DNA from: an uncultured Oscillospiraceae bacterium
GTDB taxonomy: Bacteria; Bacillota; Clostridia; Christensenellales; Aristaeellaceae
NCBI GenBank assembly: GCA_964563725.1
Contig: CAZLYF010000002.1
Span: forward strand, 1-49,991
Length of the DNA stretch: 49,991 nucleotides
Reading direction: 5' to 3'
How positions within the stretch are numbered: position 1 is the first letter of the stretch; each line of letters starts with the position of its first letter. The notes beneath the pieces were generated by a model. That model saw nothing but the letters and a program-made list of their open reading frames with translations, was not told where the DNA came from and ran no database searches. Below are positions 40,484-49,991 of this stretch, piece after piece. The translations under genes were made by a program, and so were the position numbers.

Positions 40484-41713
40484 ATGAGACTCTTTTTTTT
40501 GAGGCGCCCGGGACGCTCCCCGCTTTCCCGGGGCGCGGCCGCTCCCCTCGCGGCCTGCGCGGCGGCCGCGCTGCTGTTCGCGGCCCTGCACCTGTGCCTT
40601 CCCGGCGATCCCTTCGCGCCCTCCCCCTACAGCAGCTACACGCTGCAGGCGCTGGCCTGGCGTTCCGGAAGGGCCTGGCTGGAAGCGGACGTCCCCTACC
40701 TGGAGCTGGCGCTGTACGAAGGGCGCCGCTACGTCAGCTTCCCGCCCGTACCCAGCGTGCCCGTCTTTTTGCTGACCTTCGTGTTTGGCGGCGATGTGCC
40801 CGACGGGATGCTCAACATGCTCTACGCCCTGTGCGCCTGCGCGGTCCTGTGCCGGCTGCTCGAAAGGCTTGGATGGCGCCCCGCCCGGGCGGCGGCCCTG
40901 GCAGTCCTCCTGTGCCTGGGCTCCTCCCTGCTCCCCCTTGCGCTCAGCGGCGCGGTGTGGTACCAGGCGCAGGTGCTGGCGTTCCTGCTGACGGCGCTTT
41001 CCGTGGAACGCATGCAGGCCCGGCGCCCGCTGCCGGCGCTGCTGTGCTGGGCGCTGGCCGTCGGGTGCAGGCCGCTCAACGTCCTGTATGGGCCGGCGCT
41101 GCTGATCTTTTACGCGCTGCAGTCGCGCCGGATGGGGCTCGGCGCCGCCCGTGCCCTGCGGAGCCTGGCCCCCGGCGCCGCGGCCGCGCTGGCGGTCGCC
41201 CTTGCCATGGGTGCGTACAACCTGGCCCGTTTCGGGAACCCGTTCGAGTTTGGGCATCACTTCCTGCCCGAATTCTCCACCCAGGGCGGCGATCAGTTCT
41301 CCCTTGCGCACATCGGGGGCAACGTCAGGAACTTCGTGTTTTCCTGGCCGTTTGAGGCTACGGGCGGTGGGTGGGCGTTCAAGCAGTTCGGGTTCTCCCT
41401 CTTCCTGGCCAACCCGGCGCTGCTGTGGCTGGCCGCGGACCTCGGCGCCGGCCTGGTCACCAGGTCGGCCCGGCCCGGCCCCTGGTCGGCGGCGCTGTGC
41501 CTCCTGCTGCAGCTGCTCGCGCTGCTTTCCCACCGGACCTTCGGGGGTTTCCAGTACGGCGCGAGATATGCCGCGGACCTCATCCCCTACGCGGCGCTCC
41601 ATCTGGCGTACAGGAGACCCGGGCCCCGCAGCCGCCTTTTGATGGAGCTCCTTCTGGCGGCGGGCCTGGTCATGGCGGCCTTTGGCAGCTGCGCCGTCCG
41701 CCTCCCGGCGTGA
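40484..41713 (+). CDS. Large polytopic membrane protein, possibly a GT-C-type (ArnT/PMT-like) glycosyltransferase
   Basis: 409 aa and about 10 hydrophobic segments. The first extracytoplasmic loop has a YEGRRYVSFPPVPSV-type motif reminiscent of GT-C enzymes. The functional call is weak. Confidence 0.5.
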   Translation: MRLFFLRRPGRSPLSRGAAAPLAACAAAALLFAALHLCLPGDPFAPSPYSSYTLQALAWRSGRAWLEADVPYLELALYEGRRYVSFPPVPSVPVFLLTFVFGGDVPDGMLNMLYALCACAVLCRLLERLGWRPARAAALAVLLCLGSSLLPLALSGAVWYQAQVLAFLLTALSVERMQARRPLPALLCWALAVGCRPLNVLYGPALLIFYALQSRRMGLGAARALRSLAPGAAAALAVALAMGAYNLARFGNPFEFGHHFLPEFSTQGGDQFSLAHIGGNVRNFVFSWPFEATGGGWAFKQFGFSLFLANPALLWLAADLGAGLVTRSARPGPWSAALCLLLQLLALLSHRTFGGFQYGARYAADLIPYAALHLAYRRPGPRSRLLMELLLAAGLVMAAFGSCAVRLPA

Positions 41714-41786
41714 GCCGCGCCCGGCTTCGGATTGTTCCCCCTTTGTTTTGCCGGCGTTTTCCGCCGGAAACGGCGCCCGGACGCTG

Positions 41787-41815
41787 TTGACAGGCTGCGG
41801 GCCCGGGGATATAAT
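41787..41815 (+). promoter_or_regulatory. Perfect-consensus sigma-A promoter of glnA
   Basis: TTGACA (41787-41792), 17-nt spacer, TATAAT (41810-41815). Confidence 0.7.
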
Positions 41816-41827
41816 CGCGTCGTCAAA

Positions 41828-41874
41828 GGGCGAGGGTGCCCCGTTGATCGCGGCGCCCCCGCCTTTTCCTATTT
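41828..41874 (+). terminator. Terminator-like hairpin in the glnA leader (possible attenuator)
   Basis: GGGCGAGGGUGCC (41828-41840) pairs with GGCGCCCCCGCCU (41852-41864): 10 Watson-Crick pairs, 2 G-U pairs and 1 mismatch, with an 11-nt loop. UUUCCUAUUU follows, just before the RBS GGGAGGG. Confidence 0.45.
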
Positions 41875-41890
41875 GCAGGGAGGGAAACGT

Positions 41891-43222
41891 ATGCACAAGC
41901 TCAGCAGGGAAGACATCGTCAGCCGGGTCAGGGAAGAGGACATCCGTTTCATCCGCATGCAGTTCACGGACATCTTCGGGCAGCTGAAAAACGTGGCGAT
42001 CACCTCTTCGCAGATCGAAAAGGCGCTGAACAACCAGGTCACCATCGACGGGAGTTCCATTGAGGGCTTCGTCCGCATCGAGGAGTCGGACATGCTGCTC
42101 TATCCCGACCTTGACACCTTTACCGTGCTCCCCTGGCGGCCGCAGCACGGGAAGGTCGCAAGGATGATCTGCGACGTGTACAAGCACAACGGCGCCCCCT
42201 TTGAGGGAGACCCGCGGCACGTGCTCAAGAGGGCCCTCAAAAAGGCCGAGGACAGGGGTTACTGCTTCAACGTCGGCCCGGAGTGCGAGTTTTTTCTCTT
42301 CCAGACGGACGAGAAAGGCGAGCCCACGACGCACACCGGCGACAAGGCCAGCTATTTCGACCTGGGTCCCCTGGACCACGGCGAGGGCGCGCGCAGGGAG
42401 ATCTGCCTGACGCTTGAGGAGATGGGTTTTGAGATCGAGGCCTCGCACCATGAGGTGGCCGAAGGCCAGCACGAGATCGACTTCCGATATGCCGACGCGC
42501 TCAGGACCGCCGACAACATCATGACCTTCAAGCTGGCCGTCAAGACCCTGGCGCAGAAGAACGGCCTGCACGCGACCTTCATGCCCAAGCCGATCTTCGG
42601 GATCAACGGTTCGGGCATGCACACGAACATGTCGCTCTTCAGGGACGGCAAAAACATTTTCTTTGACGAAAGCGACAGGCGGAAGCTCTCCAGGGAAGCC
42701 TACAGCTTCATCGCCGGTCTCCTTGCGCACGTCCGGGGCATGACGGCGGTGCTCAATCCCCTGGTCAACTCCTACAAGCGCCTGGTGCCCGGGTACGAGG
42801 CGCCCTGTTACAAGGCCTGGTCGGCCAGCAACCGCAGCGTGCTCATCCGCATCCCCGCGGCGCGGGGGCAGAGCACCCGGCTGGAGCTGCGCTCCCCCGA
42901 CCCGGCGTGCAACCCCTACCTCGCGCTGGCGCTGTGCCTGGCCGCGGGGCTGGACGGCATCGAAAGGAAGCTGACGCCGCCCGACGAGATCGCCGAGAAC
43001 ATCTTCGCGATGAGCGCCGCCGAACGCGAGGGGCGCGGGATCGAAAGCCTGCCCGGCTCCCTGATGGAAGCGCTCGGGCTGCTTCAGGAGGACGCGCTGG
43101 TCAGGGAAACGCTGGGCGGGCATGTCCTCGGCCAGTACGTGACGGGCAAGACGAAGGAATGGGACGAGTACCGGACCCGCGTCACGGACTGGGAAATCGA
43201 AAAATACCTCCTGCTGTACTGA
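41891..43222 (+). CDS. glnA: Glutamine synthetase, type I
   Basis: ATG at 41891 after [55 protein letters not shown] region, [12 protein letters not shown] and NRSVLIRIP are GS-I signature blocks. 443 aa. Confidence 0.95.
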   Translation: MHKLSREDIVSRVREEDIRFIRMQFTDIFGQLKNVAITSSQIEKALNNQVTIDGSSIEGFVRIEESDMLLYPDLDTFTVLPWRPQHGKVARMICDVYKHNGAPFEGDPRHVLKRALKKAEDRGYCFNVGPECEFFLFQTDEKGEPTTHTGDKASYFDLGPLDHGEGARREICLTLEEMGFEIEASHHEVAEGQHEIDFRYADALRTADNIMTFKLAVKTLAQKNGLHATFMPKPIFGINGSGMHTNMSLFRDGKNIFFDESDRRKLSREAYSFIAGLLAHVRGMTAVLNPLVNSYKRLVPGYEAPCYKAWSASNRSVLIRIPAARGQSTRLELRSPDPACNPYLALALCLAAGLDGIERKLTPPDEIAENIFAMSAAEREGRGIESLPGSLMEALGLLQEDALVRETLGGHVLGQYVTGKTKEWDEYRTRVTDWEIEKYLLLY

Positions 43223-43260
43223 CGGGGGCGGGCCGGGGCTGACCGGAACGGACGGCCGCG

Positions 43261-43809
43261 ATGGACAGGGTGATCGTTGCGTTTCAATCGGAAGGGGACT
43301 GCCTGCGCGTGCGCGGCAGCCTCGAGGCCGGCGGCATCCGCGTGCGCGGGACGCACTGCTCGGGCGCCGGCGCCATCCGCGCGGTCAAGCGCATGGGCGG
43401 CGGCGTCGTCGTGTGCGGGGCCAGGCTCAGCGATATGACGGCCGGCCAGCTTGCCCGGGAACTGGGGCAGTCGGCCGCCGTGCTCGCCGTCTCGACGCCG
43501 CTGCAGAGGGAGTATTGCCAGGGCGACGGCGTCCGCTGGCTGCCGGTCCCCTTTTCCGCGGGCGGCCTGACCGAAGAGGTGCGCTCCCTGATGAACGAGG
43601 AAGAAAGCAGCCCCCGGTGGTCCCGCCAGCAGCGGACCGCCGGGGAGGAGGAACTGGTCAGGCTCGCCAAGGAGAAGCTGATGCAAAGCGCCCGCATGAA
43701 TGAGGAAGAGGCCCACCGTTTCCTCCAGCGCCTGTGCATGCAGCGGGGGATCCGCATGCAGCGCGCCGCGCGGCGGGTCCTGGAAACGCTTGACGCGGAG
43801 GAAGCCTGA
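43261..43809 (+). CDS. ANTAR-domain RNA-binding regulator with degenerate receiver-like N-terminus
   Basis: C-terminal LVRLAKEKLMQSARMNEEEAHRFLQRLCMQRGIRMQRAARRVLE is a typical ANTAR three-helix motif. The stop abuts the gltB ATG (TGAATG). Confidence 0.8.
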   Translation: MDRVIVAFQSEGDCLRVRGSLEAGGIRVRGTHCSGAGAIRAVKRMGGGVVVCGARLSDMTAGQLARELGQSAAVLAVSTPLQREYCQGDGVRWLPVPFSAGGLTEEVRSLMNEEESSPRWSRQQRTAGEEELVRLAKEKLMQSARMNEEEAHRFLQRLCMQRGIRMQRAARRVLETLDAEEA

Positions 43810-48330
<4,521 letters not shown>

Positions 48331-48338
48331 GGGGCGCG

Positions 48339-49832
48339 ATGGGAAAAACCACGGGTTTCCTGGAATACGGACGAAAAAGCGACCGGGCGGGCGCGCCGGC
48401 GGACAGGATCGGGCACTTCGGGGAGTTCCGTCTGCCCCTGGCGCAGGAGGAGCGCCGCCTGCAGGGGGCGCGCTGCATGGACTGCGGGGTGCCCTTCTGC
48501 CAGTCCGGGCTCCTCTTTGACGGGGCGGCGGCCGGCTGTCCCCTGCACAACCGGGTACCGGAATGGAACGACGCGCTCTGGCGGGGCGACTGGGGCCTTG
48601 CCGCGGAGCTGCTGCTCCTTTCAGACGATTTTCCGGAGTTCACGTCCCGGGTCTGTCCGGCCCCCTGCGAAGCGGCCTGCGTGTGCGCGCTCCACGCCGA
48701 CGCCGTGTCGATCCGGGACAACGAATACGCCATCATCGAACACGCCTTTTCGTCGGGCGTCGTCCGTCCCGTTCCCCCTTCCTCAAGGACGGGCAGGCGC
48801 GCCGCCGTCGTAGGCTCCGGGCCCGCGGGGCTCGCCGCGGCGAACCGGCTCAACCGGCAGGGCCACTCCGTCACCGTGTACGAACGCGAGGACCGGGTCG
48901 GCGGGCTGCTGATGTACGGGATCCCGAACATGAAGCTGGACAAGGGGGTCCTTGACAGGCGGGTCCGCCTGATGCAAAGCGAGGGGGTCCGGTTCAGGAC
49001 CTCCGTCGACGTGGGAAAGGACCTCTCCATGGAGGAGCTCCTCCGTGGCCATGACGCCGTGCTGCTGTGCTGCGGGGCCCAGGCGCCCAGGAAACTCAAG
49101 GCGGAAGGCGCGCAGGCCCGCGGCGTCCACTACGCGGTGGACTACCTCAAGGCCGTCACAAAGGGCCTGCTCGACGAAACGCAGCCCCTGCCCCCGGATA
49201 TGGACGCCAGGGGACGCCGCGTGATCGTGGTGGGCGGCGGCGACACGGGCAACGACTGCGTCGCCACGGTCCTGCGAGGGGGCTGCCGCTCGGTGCTGCA
49301 GCTGGAAATGCTGCCCATGCCGCCCGCGGGCCGGCCCGAGGACAACCCCTGGCCCCGCTGGCCGCGGACGCTGAAGACCGATTACGGCCAGGAAGAGGCG
49401 GCCGCGCTGTTCGGGAGGGATCCGAGGGTTTTTTGCGCCACCGTCAAGCGCTGCGCCGCCGGCGGGGACGGCGGTCTGCGGGCCGCGGTCCTGGTCCGGC
49501 TGGAAGCCTGGCGCGATCCCGGCACGGGGCGGGCCGACATGAGGGAGGTCCCCGGCAGCGAATGGACGGAGGAGGCGGAGCTGCTGCTCGTCGCCGCCGG
49601 CTTCGAGGGCTGCCCGCCCGCCGCGGCGGAGGCCCTGCGGCTCCGGCTCGACGGCCGGGGGCGCGCGCTGACCCGTCCGGGAGAACACGGGACGGACGAC
49701 CCGAAGGTCTTCGCGGCAGGGGACCTGCGCGTCGGTCCGTCGCTCGTGGTCAGGGCGATCGCCGAGGGGATCAGCTGCGCCGGGCAAGCCGGCCGCTGGC
49801 TGTCGGGACAGGCGGGCGGAGCGCCCCGGTAA
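48339..49832 (+). CDS. gltD: Glutamate synthase small subunit (NADPH-dependent)
   Basis: Fe-S Cys clusters CMDCGVPFC and [15 protein letters not shown] Rossmann motifs [13 protein letters not shown] and [13 protein letters not shown]. Confidence 0.95.
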   Translation: MGKTTGFLEYGRKSDRAGAPADRIGHFGEFRLPLAQEERRLQGARCMDCGVPFCQSGLLFDGAAAGCPLHNRVPEWNDALWRGDWGLAAELLLLSDDFPEFTSRVCPAPCEAACVCALHADAVSIRDNEYAIIEHAFSSGVVRPVPPSSRTGRRAAVVGSGPAGLAAANRLNRQGHSVTVYEREDRVGGLLMYGIPNMKLDKGVLDRRVRLMQSEGVRFRTSVDVGKDLSMEELLRGHDAVLLCCGAQAPRKLKAEGAQARGVHYAVDYLKAVTKGLLDETQPLPPDMDARGRRVIVVGGGDTGNDCVATVLRGGCRSVLQLEMLPMPPAGRPEDNPWPRWPRTLKTDYGQEEAAALFGRDPRVFCATVKRCAAGGDGGLRAAVLVRLEAWRDPGTGRADMREVPGSEWTEEAELLLVAAGFEGCPPAAAEALRLRLDGRGRALTRPGEHGTDDPKVFAAGDLRVGPSLVVRAIAEGISCAGQAGRWLSGQAGGAPR

Positions 49833-49870
49833 GCGGCGCGGGCGGGAACCGGACACCGAAAGGAAGGGGC

Positions 49871-49991
49871 ATGGGCGCGAAATTCATCTTCATCACAGGC
49901 GGGGTCGTCTCCTCCCTTGGGAAGGGGATCACCGCGGCGTCGCTGGGGCGCCTGCTCAAGTGCCGGGGGCTGAAGGTCACGATGCAGAAGC
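49871..49991 (+). CDS. pyrG: CTP synthase, N-terminal 40 aa (continues beyond the window)
   Basis: [40 protein letters not shown] is the invariant PyrG N-terminus. GGAAGGGG RBS. Confidence 0.9.
   Translation, partial: MGAKFIFITGGVVSSLGKGITAASLGRLLKCRGLKVTMQK

Noticed and set aside
41816-41890. Glutamine riboswitch or T-box in the glnA leader
   Set aside because: The leader is only ~75 nt, far too short for a T-box. I could not recognise the glnA-RNA E-loop/pseudoknot pattern. Only a simple hairpin plus U-tract is evident.
39962-43123. 1053-aa minus-strand ORF spanning four plus-strand genes including glnA
   Set aside because: It crosses intergenic regions, a terminator and promoters of well-supported plus-strand genes, and its sequence is low-complexity (R/G/P/A). 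It is a GC-composition artefact. The same reasoning applies to 3217-4656, 6431-7561, 8268-9332, 13710-15407, 17265-18437 and 20333-21568 on the minus strand.

Overview
High-GC Firmicutes/Clostridia-like chromosomal segment, almost fully coding. Hand counts of single 60-nt lines give about 67-68% GC in housekeeping genes. I saw no rRNA, tRNA, CRISPR array, transposase or integrase. Gene order: end of a V-type ATPase operon (B, D); a convergent CHAD-domain gene; an OmpR-type response regulator and histidine kinase; a nucleotidyltransferase. A ~16 kb carbohydrate locus follows: Gfo/Idh/MocA oxidoreductase, AraC regulator, CUT2-type sugar ABC transporter, ketose 3-epimerase-like and two other xylose-isomerase-fold TIM barrels, PMI-like cupin, Zn-dependent polyol dehydrogenase, GH4 enzyme, PfkB kinase, class II ketose-bisphosphate aldolase and a mannitol-1-P dehydrogenase-family enzyme. 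The standout is 21.58-30.61 kb, an eight-gene operon that is patchily lower in GC and has its own near-consensus promoter. It encodes a YdjI-like SPFH protein, two Snf7/ESCRT-III-like proteins (the second ending in a textbook MIM1 motif) and a MIT-AAA+ Vps4-like ATPase. These are followed by a Zn-ribbon/TPR/TIR/FHA fusion, a PP2C phosphatase, a Ser/Thr kinase with a repeat-containing C-terminal domain, and a polytopic membrane protein. I read this as a candidate bacterial ESCRT-III/Vps4 membrane-remodelling module wired to phospho-signalling and a TIR effector. To my knowledge this combination is not described. Downstream lie MarR plus a flavin reductase-like gene, DegV, a minus-strand MATE-rhaB-PHP operon, and a feoA-feoB-Cys-rich peptide-DtxR operon with a perfect 18-bp palindromic operator. 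The window ends with a secreted protein, a large membrane protein, glnA-ANTAR-gltB-gltD and the start of pyrG. All domain calls come from reading the translations by eye; no profile or database search was run.
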